64,000 nucleotides of DNA from Camelus ferus (GCF_009834535.1 NC_045697.1:37884001-37948000); one strand, 5' to 3'. Positions 1-14,447 are shown, counted from the first letter of the stretch. The notes: generated by a model from the letters alone, not told the origin. A program made the numbers and translations.

Positions 1-930
1 CCATACAAATTCTTTCAGAGAAAAGAGGAAGAAAGAACAATTTCCAATTTGTTTCATGAACTAACAGGGCACTGATACCAAAACTTAATACGGACATTAC
101 AAGAAAAGAAATTTATAGACCAGTATCCCTCATGAGAAAAGACATTAAAAAAAAACCTCATCAAAATATTAACAAATCAAACCCAACAACATATAAAAAT
201 ATACCAAATCATAACCAAATGAGGTTTATCCCAAGAATGTAAGGTTGGTATATTTTTCATAAATCAGTGAAATTAATTACCTTAAGAGAATACAGTTGAC
301 CCTTGAACAACATGGATTTGAACTGCCAGGGTCCACTTACATTTAGATTTTTTTCAACAACCTGTGATTGGTTAACTCCTCCAAAATGGAGGAACTGCAG
401 ATACAGAGGAATGCTGGATATGGATGGATCAATTACAAATTACACATGGATTTTCAGCCTCACAGAGGGTTGGCATCCCTAATGCCCCCATGTTGTTAAG
501 GGTCAACCATAAATTTAAAAAAATACATGATTATCCCAGTAAGTGCTTAAAAATTATATAATATTCAGAACGTTTCATGATTAAAAAATTCTAATAAAAC
601 TTGAAATAAAGGGAACGTTTTCAACCTAGCAAAAGGTATTTATATAAAACCTATGAATAATATCATATTTAATGGTGAAAAACTGAATGCTTTGTCCTAA
701 AAATCAGGAATGAGGCAAGAATTCCGACAAGACAATGATGTTTCCTCTCACCACTTCTATCCAACATTGTACTTGAGGTTTCACCCATTCCATAAGGCAA
801 TAAAAATAAATAAGAGCCATCCAGATGAGGAAGAAAGAAGTAAAATGGTCCTTATTCACAGATGACACGAATACAGAAAATCCTAAAGTAGCTACAAACT
901 CTTAGAATAACTAAATTTTGTAAGATAAAA
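1..930 (+). mobile_element. Old L1 ORF2 (RT-region) fragment, interrupted by a Tigger MITE
   Basis: A-rich L1-like text (CTGATACCAAAAC, AAAATATTAACAAATCAAACCCAAC, AATGGTGAAAAACTGAATGCTTTGTCCTAAAAATCAGGAA, CTCTCACCACTTCTAT) resembling the L1 at 56880-57390; degenerate, no ORF. Confidence 0.75.
293..509. mobile_element. Tigger2-derived MITE (MER8/Tigger2a-like, TcMar)
   Basis: Terminal inverted repeats CAGTTGACCCTTGAACAACA ... TGTTGTTAAGGGTCAACCA with TA on both sides (291-292, 510-511). Confidence 0.8.
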
Positions 931-939
931 ACTTTTACC

Positions 940-1640
940 TTAACTTCACTTAATCCTTTTCTTTTTTTTTTTTTTTTGATGCTCTTCCTTTCTTTATGTA
1001 GATCCAAGTTTCTGACTTACATTGTTTTCCTTCTCTTTAAAGAATTTCTTTTAACATATCTTGCCAGGTAGGTCTACTGCTGACAAATACTCACAATTTT
1101 TGTTTGTCTGAGAAAGTCTTTATTCCTCTTTCACTCTTGAAGAAGAAACCTATGAATTATTTGAATTAAATGTTGTATATGGTATTAGGTAAGGGTCAAG
1201 AATATATATTTTTCTTATGTGGATGGCCAATTGCTCCAGCACTGTTTATTGAGAAGACCTTTTTCTTCACTGTATTGCAAGGGACCTTCATCATAAATCA
1301 AGTAATCAATATATGTTGGTCTATTATGGGATCACTTTTATTTCACAAATCTATGTATCCTTACACCAATACTACACCTAATTCTAATTATTATAGCTTT
1401 ATATTAAGTCTTGAAATATGATCACTTAAACCCTCTTTTCCTTTTTTCAATTTTCTCTTGGGCTTTTTTAAGGTCCTTTATTTTCCATATATATTTTAGA
1501 TTCATCTTACCAATTTCCACAAAATTCTTGCTGGGATTTCAACTGTAGCTATGTTGAATAATTAGATCAATAGAAGAGAAATTAACATCTTAACAACACT
1601 GAATTTTCCAAAAGAGAAAAATGATCTGTTTCTCCATTTA
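940..1640 (-). mobile_element. Old L1 fragments, antisense
   Basis: T-rich antisense L1 text (TTGTCTGAGAAAGTCTTTATT, CCAATTGCTCCAGCACTGTTTATTGAGAAGAC, CTTGCTGGGATTTCAACTG). Boundaries approximate. Confidence 0.6.
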
Positions 1641-1649
1641 TCACATTTA

Positions 1650-2390
1650 TTTATTTTTCTCAAGCTCACATGGAACATTCACTAAAATAAACCACATTCT
1701 GGGGTGTAAGACACCCCTTAACAAATTTTTTAACTAGGAATCATACAATGTCTGCTCTCAGATCACAGCAGAATTAAGCCAGAAATCAATAACAAAAAGA
1801 TAACTGGAAATTTTCAAAATACGTGGATATTAAACAAAACACTTCTAAATAAAACATGGGCCAAAGAAGAAATCTCAAGGAAACTTTTAAAATATTTTGC
1901 ACTAAGTGAAAATGAAAACACAGCTTGTCAAAATTTGTGGGAAGCAGCAAAACCAGTGCATAGAAGGAAATTTATAGCATTGGATGTATATATTCGAAAA
2001 AAGGAAAGATCTAAAATCAATAATCTATGTTTCCACCTTAGAAAACTAGAAAAAGAACAGCAAATTAAGCCCAAAGTAAGCAGAAGGAAAGAAATAATAA
2101 GAATTAGAGCAGAAATCATTGAAATTGAAAACAGGAAATCAATAGAGAAAATTAACAAAATCAAAAGCTTGTTCTTTGAAAAAACTAATAAAACTGATAA
2201 GCCTCTAGCCAGGCTAAGAAGAGAGAGAATACAAACTAGTAATATCAGAAATCAAAGAGGGGACATCTCAACAGAGCCCATGGACATTAGCAAGATAATA
2301 AACAAGTATATGAGAGCTGTCTACACTTTCTGATCATTCTTCTATAAACCTAAAACCGCTCTAAAATAAAATTAAGTCTATTAATTAAGA
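1650..2390 (+). mobile_element. L1 ORF2 fragment (endonuclease C-terminal region) plus short L1 3' end
   Basis: ORF 1935-2333 translates to WEAAKPVHRRKFIALDVYIRK...KSLFFEKTNKTDKPLARL, typical L1 ORF2p. Confidence 0.85.
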
Positions 2391-4559
2391 GGGAAAAAAA
2401 ACCCTAAGACATGTCTTATCAGCAAGGTTGAGCATGGAAGGGTGAGGAGAAGCAGATTATTATCTTACTGGGTGGGGACTAGGGCATATGGTAACAAAAA
2501 GTGCTTGTGCTTGAAAAACATACTGCATGAATAAATATGATTTCCAAGTAAGGTTACATTCTGAGGTACTGAGGGGTATAACTTCAACATAATAAATCTT
2601 TGTAGGACCCAACCCACAACATGGGGGATGGAATGGAAGGCATAAGACAAAGCTGGACCTTAGGGCAGAAAAGGCATCGACCTAGAGCTGCTGAGAGCAA
2701 ACAGGCCAAGAGAATGAAGGGGAAGCCATGGCCCAGGCTCAGTTACGGGGTAATAAAGACAAAGTGGACCTTGAAGACTCAGACAGAATGCTGATGAGAG
2801 CTAGGTGGGGAGGAGCAGGCCCAACAGCTGTGCCAGGATTTATATTAGGGCTGGAGCAGTCAGATTAAAGTCGCCGGCTCAGGCTTGAGTGGCAAAAGGA
2901 GGTAAAGACAGGAGTGGCCATCAATATAACCATAGATGCATAGAGCGCCCCCATGAACGATCTTTTCTGGGAAGCAGGTATTCAGATCACCTTCTGAGAG
3001 TGAAAGGTGAGAGGACAAAGTGCCAGGGGATTTGGATGGAGAAGATTGTGAAGACCCAACGCAGGATGATGGCCTCGGAATTTGACAAAAAGCAAATGAA
3101 AGGACCGTCAGGTGGCTTGGCATGTCCCATGAATTCAGGTCATGAACCCATCCTGCTCTGTAGCTCTGATAGAAAGTGGGTGGTTGGGTCCACACAGGGT
3201 TGGGGGTTTGCAAGACTACTGCAAGAGAAAACCAGGAATGAGCACTGGGGTGTGTGTGTGGAGTGGGAAGTATAAAAAAAGCACCAACGGAGCATGAATT
3301 CAGGCTGGGAAGAAAAAGAAGCAAAGCATCCGCATCTCAGAAGCATTCACTCCTCACTCCCCACTGCCAGAGTTTTCCTTTAGGCCACAACCAAACTTTC
3401 ACAGAAGCTTCTACCTGCTCTCCTGCCTTTCGCCTTGCCCGGGCCCTGATCCCATTCACTCTCCACCCTGCTGTCAGAATAAGCTGAAAAGTCTAATCAT
3501 GCTACTCCTTTGTTTAAAATTCAATCACTGCCATGGCCCAAATATAAGCAGATGCAGTGTGTTGTACATCAAGGTGACAGCAGACATAGGATGCTGTACA
3601 CCTAGGTCTTCTGTTCAACCAGGGAAGCCAAATCACGTAGACAAAGAAGCAGCGGCATCAAATCAGAGAAGCCTGCAGCTGATGTCAACACTCTACCTGC
3701 TTGCAAAGTGTGAACAAAGATAACTTCCTACAGAGTGGGATTTGATGCAACACCACCACCATCACCACCAAAATAGGACCTTGCTGGTGCTGCTTCCTTG
3801 GTCTAAAAGGTTCTCTTTCCCTTTTTTCCTCTTCATCTACTAGGAACTCTCACCATTCTTCAAGATCTAACTTCCTTCACTGACCACCCCAGTTAGAAAT
3901 GACCTGTCCACCCATTTAGCCCTTATTCTCTTCTTCGTTGTGGTTATTTTTCAAATGTACATGAAATAAGCATTTCTGAACATCTGTGTGACAGGTGGTG
4001 TGTGAGGTGCTTTCATTTAGATCAATCTTACTGGATCTCTTTCAGAAAGACTGTCTCATGCCCACTGTACAGATGAAGAAAATGCAGAGAGTTGCAAACA
4101 CTTGTTGAGGACCTATTCTGTGCACAGAGCTTTCCATACAGAATTTCACTCAACCATCACAGCAGCCCATGAGATGGCTTCTATCTTAGAGGCGACCGTA
4201 AGTTACTCAGCTGATTGTTAAGTAGCAGAGCTGTCAGTCTAACCCAAGTGTGTCTGCCTCCGAAGCCCCTGGGCTTTTCTCTCTGATACAGTGTTCAGGG
4301 AGCCTATGATCTCGGCCCGGTGGACCCCTCCCCATAGCTTATTGTATGAAACTTTATACACAGTAGAGGTTCAGTAAATTTGTTCACTCATCCATGCATT
4401 CATTCAGTCATTCCATAGATATATACTGAGTACCTTTGTGTTCCAGGAGGCACGGGTGTGCTTCTTAAATTAAGAAATGAATGTATATGGCATGGAATGT
4501 GGTGCCAAGGGCTATGCAGAAATATAAAGGGAGTGTGGGAAGTGGGTAGAGGTTCTGTC

Positions 4560-5285
4560 TCTGGACTGTCTGTTATACCCCACTGTCTATTTGTCTATCT
4601 CTGCTTTCACACCACATGGACATACCACTGCGTCTCTGTACTAGCCTTGATATCTCATGAAGCAAGTCCTCTAACTTTTCTATCTTCAAGAGAGCCTTGG
4701 CCATCTTTAGCCCTTCCTACCTCCATATAAACTTTAGAATCAGCTTCTTAAGTTCCACGAAAAGCTGGGGTTTGATTGGAATTACATTTATTCCATAAAT
4801 CAGCTTGGGGAGATTTGTCATTTTAACTATCTTGAGACTTCCAATCTGTGAGCTTAGTATATCTCTCCTTTAAAATGTCTTCTTTGAAAAATTGTGCTCT
4901 ACACTGGAATTTGACACAACATTGTAAAATGACTATAACTCAATAAAAAATGTTTTAAAAAGCCTTCTTTAATATCAGTAACATTTTATTTTATTTGAAG
5001 ACTTCATACCTTTTATTAGATTTAATCCTAGATACATAATAGTTTATTGCCATTGAAATGGTATCTTTAAAACATTATTTTCTGTTTGTTACTGGAAAAT
5101 AGAAATGATCAATATTTAGAAATTGGTTTTTGTATCCAGCAACCTTACCAAACTCTATTAGTTCTAATATCTTGTCTGTAGACTCTACTGGAGTTTTATA
5201 TTATCTTCAAGTAATGACAGCTTGTTTCTTAGTTTGCAGTCCTTAGACCTCATTTCTTTTTATTTACTGAGCTGGCTAGGGCCTT
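4560..5285 (-). mobile_element. Old L1 ORF2 fragment, antisense
   Basis: CTCCATATAAACTTTAGAATCAGCTT, TTTGATTGGAATTACATT, TTGTATCCAGCAACCTT, CTGGCTAGGGCCTTCAG: antisense ORF2 motifs. Confidence 0.7.
4886..4956 (+). mobile_element. Extremely 5'-truncated young L1 3' tip (~70 bp)
   Basis: Nearly identical to the reverse complement of 52098-52167; candidate TSD AAAATGTCTTCTTT / AAAAAGCCTTCTTT. Confidence 0.75.
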
Positions 5286-5752
5286 CAGGAAAACACAGAC
5301 TCCAAAGGTGACTGGATTTAGTTTCACAGTGTGAAGGTAGAGCCAACCAGATTTGCTGACAGATAGTATTTGGGCTGTGAGAGCAAGGGAGGAATCAAGG
5401 TTGAGTTCAAGGTTTTGGGCCTGAACACTTAGAAAAATGGCACTGTCATTTACTGTAGGCCAGGCCAGAGGTTGGTTGATTATACAGTGCTGGTAATTAA
5501 ATGAAGGAAGACAAAAACTGATTGCTACTTATTGACAATGATGTTTCTAAAAGATTTTAGCCTGGTTTTGCACTTTTGAAATAACACAGTCTAGTAAGGA
5601 TTTAAATATTAACAAATGCTCTCAAGTGGATCCAACTTGGGGTTTCCTATTCAGCCACTGCCCTCTGCAGGGGGCTTGGCTGAGTATGAGCTGTGCACTC
5701 CGATTAAAATCCAAACCAAAAAATGGGATAAGTTTATCTTTCTTGTTTCTAT

Positions 5753-5755
<3 letters not shown>

Positions 5756-5784
<29 letters not shown>
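5756..5784. repeat. (CA)n microsatellite
   Basis: Uninterrupted AC run directly visible. Confidence 0.95.
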
Positions 5785-7069
5785 GAAAACACAAAAACAC
5801 ACCTTGTTTTGCAATCTTTACCCAGGTCAGGTAACTACAAAAGAACTTCCAACCCAGGAAACTTGGTCCCTGCAATGCACTTCCAGGTAGCTCGTCTGGA
5901 AAGATGTCATGGAAAGGCCAGCTGCATTTCTACGGGGTTAACCTAAGCACAGTGAAGAAACAATGAAGGGGGCGACCCCTGCAAATGAGACCCTGGGTCA
6001 TTACAAAGAGACCTCATTGTTTCAGCTGGAAAAACAAGATGACCATCCTTCAGCACGTAGCTCTCAGGTAATTCGTAAAACCTGAGGTCCTTGCATAAAG
6101 AAGCAAAACTTCAAGAAATTGGCACATTTAACAATCCAAAGGACTGTTCAAGCCACATTAACTTTCGCACCCAGTTCTTTGATGCTTATTCAACACACAT
6201 GTAGGGTATCTCACTGGGGTAAGGATTGGCGCTCCCTTCCACCACCCCACACCTGCCATTCAAACTTAAAAATGTAAGCTCCAGAAAGGGAGGGATTATC
6301 CTGTAAGCCTCTCTGTTCTCAGTGTCCAAAACAATGCCTGTCACATAACAGGCATACAATAATATTTTTTTGAATTGACATTTTCAAGGCTTCAAAAAAT
6401 ATTACTGAAAAGAGTTAAATTTTCACTTGTCCTAACTGAAAATCACCGTTGTTTAAAACTGATGAGTCAAGAAAAATAGCACTGTATCTACGGGGAAGTA
6501 AATGTCAGAAGAAGCGATGATGCAGTTAAAAACTTTGCCTCTAAGTAGTGGAACTCTAGTAGGGAGACGCCTGCAGTTTTTAAAGGACAGTTTTTACCAC
6601 CTTCATTTCTGTATTTGCAAGTGCTTTGCTGATTTTCTACTTTATGTGTTTAAATTATACACATTCCCAACATCCTAATACAATTACTCATTTTTGTGTA
6701 TGACCCACTTTATCCATATACACACATTCATATGAATATAGTTGTTTGCAATCATAGCTATACATTTTATAGCCATTTTTTTCACTTAACCTATAGTTTC
6801 AGTTATCATTAACTTTCCGCGTTTCTAGCGTCTTCATAATTATCATTTTAATGGCTTCATGATATTCCAGTGTGTTATTGTACAATAATTTAGCTAAATA
6901 CCTTAAGGTGGAACATTCTGGATTGTTTCCACTTTTCCATTGAAAATAATGCTGCAGTGAAGACGTGCAGACAAGTTGTCTTGTTCGTTCCGCTTCTTTG
7001 AACCATATTATTGAATTATATTCTGGGGTTCCCTCTGGACACCTCTGACAGACTACAGAGAGCCACTAG

Positions 7070-7800
7070 CCACCACCAATGTGACCTGGACGCGCGAAGG
7101 CGCCCGGCGGGGCGGAGCCTCGGTCCAGGGGGCGGGGCCCGGGCGGGGCCGAGCGCGTCCCCGCCCCGCGCTGCGTCACCGACGTCCCGCCTGGCTGAGC
7201 TCGGCGAGCTGCTCACGAGTGGAGACTGTCCGCCGGCGGGCGGTCCGGGCCCCGGGAGCGCGGACGCGGGGCGCGCCTGCCATGGCTCCCTGGGTGGGGA
7301 CCGAGCTCTCGGCGCTGAACCCGCTGCGTGCCGTGTGGTTCACACTGGCCGCCGCCTTCCTGCTGACTCTACTGCTGCAGCTCGTGCCGTCCAGCCTGCT
7401 CCCGGGCTGCGCGGTCTTCCAGGACCTGATCCGCTATGGAAAAACCAAGCATGGGGGGCCGCCGCGCCCGGCCGCTTGCCAGGCCTTTGATGTGCCCAAG
7501 AGGTAACCGCGCCCCGGGCGCGAGCCCCGTTGCCAAAGGGCGGAGAGCCGGGGGCGCCCGGCTCGGGCAGCCGGCAGGGGGCAGCAGAGGCGGACGCAGG
7601 CCCGGCGCGGACCAGCCGGGGAGGCCCGCACCGGTTCCCCGACTGGCGCGAACTAGGCCCGCCCGCCGGCACTGCCTTGTCCGCTGCGTAGCCCCGGGGG
7701 CGGAATCCCCGGAGTGTCCGCCCACACGGAGGAAGCTGAGCCGCACGCATCCTCGAGGGCACAGGAACGTGCACTTGTGGACGCACGTAGCCTTAACTTC
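7070..7800 (+). promoter_or_regulatory. CpG island / TATA-less promoter of SRD5A3
   Basis: Very CpG-dense; CCAAT at 7076-7080; tandem GC boxes GGGGCGGAGC, GGGGCGGGGC, GGGCGGGGC, CCCCGCCCC between 7108 and 7170; spans exon 1. Confidence 0.9.
7282..7502 (+). CDS. SRD5A3: SRD5A3 coding exon 1 (polyprenol/polyprenal reductase)
   Basis: Kozak [40 protein letters not shown]...[10 protein letters not shown]...FDVPKR; donor AG|GTAACC; 221 nt. Confidence 0.97.
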
Positions 7801-9599
7801 GGGGGGAATGGCAGTGCTTCCAGATTTAGGCCTGGTCACCAGGCGGCAAGTTAAAGTCTCTTTTGTCCCCATATTCTCTCTTTCTCCTCCCCTGCACTCT
7901 AGGGACTCAAATCTAACCTGAGGTCGCCGGAACTCGCTAGAAATGAAAGCAGGCCCTCGGTTCACGCCTCTATGCCCCCTGTTTGTCTCTCCGACCCTCG
8001 CAGTCTGGACGGAGGGCGAGACCCTGGTCTCCAACTGGTGCCACCTCCTTGGCCGCACTGACCCTCCTAACCCTCACCTCGGCAGGTGCCCGGAGATGGC
8101 ATATTTTAGGCAAGCCTGGTCCCTAAGCACCGTTTGACTTTGAACAGATACCATAACTAAGCTCAGCGAAAGATTAAATCATTATGGCTTAAGTAGAATT
8201 CTTTCAGAAATTGTGAGTCGTGTTATAGTTTTTGTTTTTTACTTTGAATTCAGAACATAGCCGGGAAGAGTCAGCCAGAGACTTCTAGATGGTAGGAATA
8301 TACCAGTGGCTTTTCTTGGCGATACATCCTCAATTGGCACTTAGGAAGGAGTCTGGAGGAATGTGATAGGGTTTCCGATGTATGAAAACATCTTGGTTAT
8401 CGCTTAAACCACTCAGAGGCAGCCCCCCAGATCCGCAGACAAGAAAGGGGCTAAGGGTAACTTGGCTGCTGGAACGTGGCTTCCCACTTTTGACTGTTGG
8501 AGGAAGATTCACCAGGTGTTAACCCTGAGAAGGGAGACCTAGGGTAAAGGGAATGCGGCCATGGGAGAGGGTAGGCTATTCAAACAGAATGGTTAAACCT
8601 CCTATTTCTTAGAGGCTCTTTTTAAATGAAAATTTCCTGTCATCATATTTTTAATCAGGTTTTGATTGCAGTAAGTACTTTTCTACGTCATAGCAGGGGG
8701 TGTTCCTAGATTGTCATTGTTTTTAATGTTATGAAGTGAAGAAAAAGATTATTGCATTTGAGAGTGTGAATTCTGACATTTATTTTCTGAGTTTTAAAAA
8801 AGGTACTAGTGCTTCTGGATTAAAGGGCACATTTCAAATCATTCCCTGCACTCTGCCTGTTACTACTCTAGTCTGTCATTATATGACAGACAAGAAACAG
8901 ATTTTGTACCTTTCCTTATTCGTTACTACAAAGTTGGTGATCTTTGGGCTTCTTGTAATTTTTACTGTATTATGAAATAATTTACATCGTTTTATTCTTC
9001 CAGAATTCTAGAATGGATCCTTCTGTGGGGTTTTGTTTGGCTTTTTTCTAAATTTAAACTGAAACTTCATTTCATGCTAGAGAAGGTACAGCAAATCCAG
9101 GCCAATAATGAAAGGCAAAAGTGTCTAGATGCTATATTTAAATATTTTTCATTGTTCAAAATTCAGTAGGACTCTTCAAGGTGAAAATAAGCCTATAATT
9201 TTTACACTTAGAAATAGGAAGCTGTAAGTCACATTTCTGCACCCAAGAGTGTAGGTGATTTTGTTTGAGATTTTCTTTTTCTCCTGAAGGGGCAAGAATT
9301 AAACCTTAAATTAGTTTGTGCAATGTTTGATTCCATTATCCCTGTCCAGTAGGTTTTTTTTTAAATTAAGGTGATAGTTGCTTTTCTTGTTTTCCTTTTG
9401 GTTCCTAGAGTTTTGATTTCCCAGAAAGTCTGAATAGATACATGACTTCGAACATGAAGCACAATACTCTTAACTTGTATAGCGCATATGGAAGTATTTC
9501 TTCTGTTTCTAATATTTCAAAATGTTATTGAAATACTGCAATTGAATTGAGCTCTAGAACAAAGAGAACTGTCCAGACTTTCCCTAATGGGGTTCAGGG

Positions 9600-10047
9600 G
9601 TCCTAACCAGCAGTCCAGGGGATCTGCGCATAGAATTCCAGGCAAATTGGAGTGGAAAAAAGTACATCTTTATTTCACTAACCTCTAACTGAAATTCAGC
9701 ATTTCCTTAATGATGAATGTAATCAACAAACCATAGAAGAATTAGCAGTACCTGCAATTTTGTGATAATTTTTTTAATATATTAAAAACACTGAAGAGAT
9801 CTCAAAACATTATTTTCGTCAGTATAAGAATACTATAGTAGTAGTCTCCATTAGATCTTGTTACTTAATACATTAAGAAGCACATATGTTACTATAGCAC
9901 AAATGTTCCTTAGTGGTTGTGTTACCTATATTTCAATATAATTGGGTTTCTTTGTAATCCCTATGTATTTTATGCTTGGGAAGGAGCCTGTAGCCTTCAC
10001 CAGACTGCCAAAGGGGTCTACGGAAGGAAAATATTATGAAACCCTGC
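9600..10047. mobile_element. hAT-Charlie DNA transposon remnant (Charlie2-like)
   Basis: CTTTATTTCACTAACCTCTAACTGAAATTCAGCATTTCC and terminal CCTTCACCAGACTGCCAAAGGGGTC...GAAACCCTG resemble recalled Charlie2 consensus. Confidence 0.5.
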
Positions 10048-10244
10048 TCGAGACCGTAAACTTGCGATACATTTACATTTGTCTTGTTTGTTGCCATGTC
10101 CCTGGCTCAGTGCCTGACAGATAATAAAGTCTTTGATCAGTGTTTTGAATGAATCAAAAAAGAGAGATGTGGGGGCTTACTTGCTTTGTTGATTAACATT
10201 CTGCTTTCTCTGAGAGTAACTTTGGATGAATTACCTTCCCTTTA

Positions 10245-11390
10245 GTTCATTTGTTTAACCAGTGTTTGTAGAGTGCTTACTGTGGGCCAGGAGCTTTTCC
10301 AGGTTCCTTGGAGCTTTTATTTTTATCAGACAGTAAGTATGTAAACAAACCTGTAAAACATGCAATATAATTTCAGTTGATAATAAGTGCTTCAGAGGAA
10401 ATCCAGCATGGTTACTTGATCATGAGCAAGATGGGGGTGGGGTGACAGCATTGGAAGGATAGATTAGGAAAGGGCAGGGCAGGAGGTGAGTTCATTTCAG
10501 GAGGCCAGGACAGATGGCCCTCCAGGGCCTTACAGACCATGGTGGAGACTCGATTTTATTGAATGTATGGAAAGTGGCTTGAGAATAGGGAAGGGGGCAT
10601 GGCATTTGTGATTTATGTTTGAAAGGGTGGGTGGAGAAGGCTGGATAAGAGGCTGTTATGGTGGTCCAGGCAGGAGGTGGTGGTGTGGGCTAGAGTGTTA
10701 ACATAATAGCACCTGTTTGTCATATATGTGGTGATGAAATTAAAACACGTAGCACAGGGCTAGGTACCTACTTAGAACTCAGTAACCATTATCTGCCTTT
10801 CTTTGTTAATTCCTAACTCCCCTAACTGGTCTTGGGACAAGTTCTGGCAATTAGCATGTATGTATTAAGTCAGATCATATCTCCTGGCTCAAAACCATCC
10901 AGTGGTTTCCAGCTCACTCACAGGAATTGTGAAAGACCCTATACAGTCTGGTCCCCACCACCTCACTGACTTTGTCTCCTATAGTTTGCCCCCCATGTGG
11001 CTCCAGTCCAGTTTCCTGGGCTTCCCTGCTAATTCTTTCTCCCACCTCAGGGCCTTTGCACTGCCTGTTCCTTCTGCCTGGAAGCTGTTCTCCCAAATAG
11101 CCAGCTGGTTTATGCCCTCATTTCTGCTCAGATATCCTCAGTAAGGAATACCCTATCTATCCTTTTTGAAAGTATGATATTACCATCGCCAGCATTCCTT
11201 CTTCTCTTTCCAGCATTAGTTTTCTCAGTAGCAGTTACCACCTACTGACATGCTGTAAAATTTACTTCTGTGTGTAACTGAGTATAAGCTCCATGAGGGC
11301 AGGAATTGCTGTCTGTTGGGTTCGTTACTGTATCCCCAGAGCCTGGAGCTGTCCCTGGCTTATGATAAGCAACAAAATGTGTGTTAAATC
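10245..11390. mobile_element. L2 fragments in both orientations
   Basis: CAGGGCCTTTGCACTGCCTGTTCCTTCTGCCTGGAA and TAAGCTCCATGAGGGCAGGAA (L2 3' end, +); GAGTGCTTACTGTGGGCCAGG (antisense). Confidence 0.7.
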
Positions 11391-14084
11391 AGAAGAGTGC
11401 TTGCTGGGTGCCCAGGCCTCTGTTACCATAAGGGTCACCCTGTCCTTGCTCCCAGGGGCTCACTTCAATTAAACAGTGTCCCCCAGGGAGGGGGGAGAGG
11501 GAGGGTGTCTGGAATAGAAGGAAGTGAAGTTTTTAGATCTGCTTTTGAGGCTACAGCTGAGTCTTTTAAAAGAGATACAACCTTGAATAAGGAGTAGAAC
11601 GTATTTATTCTAGCGGGAAGTCAGCGAGCAAAACAAAAGATAGAATGTGCAAGATAATAAGAATAAGAAAAATAATCTGCCTGTCAGTCAAAACCCCATG
11701 GCACAAGTAGGGCCCCGCAAGATGTGGCTTAGCAGCTTATATCAAACATACTTCAGTGACTTGGTTGACTTAGGGTTTGTCATATAAATTGGTACAATGT
11801 GGGGCCCGAAAAGCAGGTTCAGCAGAGTCTAGATTGAATGAAGAGGAGCACAGCTGTGCGATTTAACTTCAGAGTCATCAGGGCTGAGTCTGGAGCCAAA
11901 CACTGCCACTTACTGCGTGACCTTGAATAAGTAACTTAACCTTGAGCCTTCATTTTCTTATCTGCCACATGATGATAACCACGTAAGCTTCACAAGATTG
12001 TTGGGAAGATGAAATAATCTTAACTGGTCTCCCCACAACTAGTCTATTCTCTTACCTAGTTGCCAGAGGGATTTTTTTTTTTTAACTTAAAGAAGAGTGA
12101 AATGGATGAGCAATGCTGTTTTTTTGTGTGATAAAATATACATGACAACAGTGGTATATGTGGTAAAGTGGTAAAACTTTAACCCTTTTTGAGTATACAA
12201 TTCAGTGCCTTTAAGTACATTCACGTCGTTGTGCAACCACCATCCATTCCAGAACTTTTCCATCAGCCAGAGGGATTTTTAAAACATAAATTATACTTCA
12301 AGTCACTCTGTTCAGATGGCTCCCCACCACACTTAATAAAAGCAGTGTCCTTACAGGGCCCTAGAGTGCCTGCCCCTCCTGCCTCGAGCCCTAGCCCTCT
12401 CCACACAGGTGCCCTTTATTCCTCAGGGCCTCTTGTGGTGGTGGTTTCCTCTGCCTAGAAAACTCTTTCCTCAGAAATTCCCGAGGGTTACTCATTCTAG
12501 CCAAGTGTCCCTTCCAGAGGGTCATCCATGACCACCCATCAGCACGGCCTCCCCTCTGCACTCTGTCCCCTCTCCAGCATGGGGCTAGAGGTCTGCTGAA
12601 AGGTAAACTTCACTGAGGCAGGCACCTGGTCTGTTTGCTCGCTACTGAGTCACTGCCCCAAGAACATTGCCTAGCACATTGTAAGTGCTCAATAAATGTT
12701 TGTTTAATATGAAGTAGGTAAAGTAACTGATCCAGACATTTCTCCTCAGAAGCCGGCCCTTCCCCTTTCCATGGGAGCCCTCAGGGCAAGGGCTACTAAT
12801 ACTCTGTTCTGTTGACTGAGACCAGACCTGAGCTCAGTTCTAGGAAGTATGTCTTAAGGAAGACCCAGAGAGGCACCCAAAAGCCAGGGGTCTGGGGATG
12901 GGGACGAGGGGGCAGAATTGATGCTCATGTACGAACTGTGGAGGAAACGAAGCTCTTGAGTCCGGAGATCAGAATTGGGAATAACAGGACATCTCAGAGA
13001 GGACAGCCCCAGCGATAGAACTTGTAACACTAGTAGGGAGAATTAAGTGGGTTGCTGTGGAATGATCATCTTAGATCAGTGTTGTGAGACTGGGTTGTGG
13101 GCATGGTTGGGGGTGCTGCGAGTTCTGACAGATACAAGCATATTCTGGATCAACTGGAAGAGGAGTCCCTGAGACTCTGTGCAGTCCTCTTGACTCCAGG
13201 CCCTCTTACTTCATCACAGATTAACAAGACAAGAAAGAGGCAGACTTAATATAGCTGTGATGCACCGAACACCAGGGAAGGCCCGATGACCTCCAGGCAC
13301 CCTGCAGAGTCAGAGGTTTTGAGTTGATTTGAACAGAGACAAGTAGTGTAGGTAAAGAGACCTCAAAAGAACCTGTGTTAGCCCTTGTGCCATATTAGGT
13401 GATTTTATTGTGGCAAACAACGTCTTTCACACTAAATTAACATTGCTAATCACTAATTTCAATTTTTATTGGCTTTGTGGTTTTATTTCAGTTGTTACTA
13501 TGTTGATTTCAAAATAAGTGCTATGCTTGTCTGAGAGCTATACCCATCAGGAGTTGATAGTTTATGAGTTAATATTTGTCATGTTATTATAAAAGTAATT
13601 TAAGTCAACACAACTTAGGAAACACTGAATCAGAAGACCTTTAAGATTTCTTGTAACCCCTAAGAGTCTTACTGTGCAAATCTTGTGTAACAGTTCTATG
13701 GCTGTTGCAACAACATTACTCAAGATTTAAACATCTTCCACAGATTTGGCTTGTGTTAGCACAATGTGGGCTGTCTCTGCCAGGCCCTGGGGCCCCCTGT
13801 TTTTGAGTTTGAGCCCAGTCTAGTTACCTCAAGATGAGAGATACCTAACTGACCCTCCATCTGAGTTTAATAAGATCATTCGTGTTCTTGTTAACCTCAG
13901 GAAGCCTCTTTTTCCTATGAGTTAATGAGTTCCATCATTTGAAAGGGAATTTTAAAAAATCTGTACATCTGCAGGATTCAGGTTCTATTAAAAAGCAAAA
14001 CTGTACTTGGGGGCAAAGAGGGTAGGGAAACTAAAAATAGTCTTCCTGCAGAATGGCTTAAAGTGGATCTACCCTGTCACCTAA

Positions 14085-14447
<363 letters not shown>

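Noticed and set aside
2860..3723. Cluster of 70-150 aa ORFs upstream of SRD5A3
   Set aside because: No recognisable homology or splice pattern; likely decayed LTR/unique noncoding DNA.
7011..8058. Several long overlapping ORFs on both strands, including a 67-codon in-frame extension upstream of the SRD5A3 ATG
   Set aside because: Expected from stop-codon scarcity in a CpG island; low-complexity R/P/G/A peptides; ATG 7282 has a strong Kozak context and gives the canonical 318 aa.
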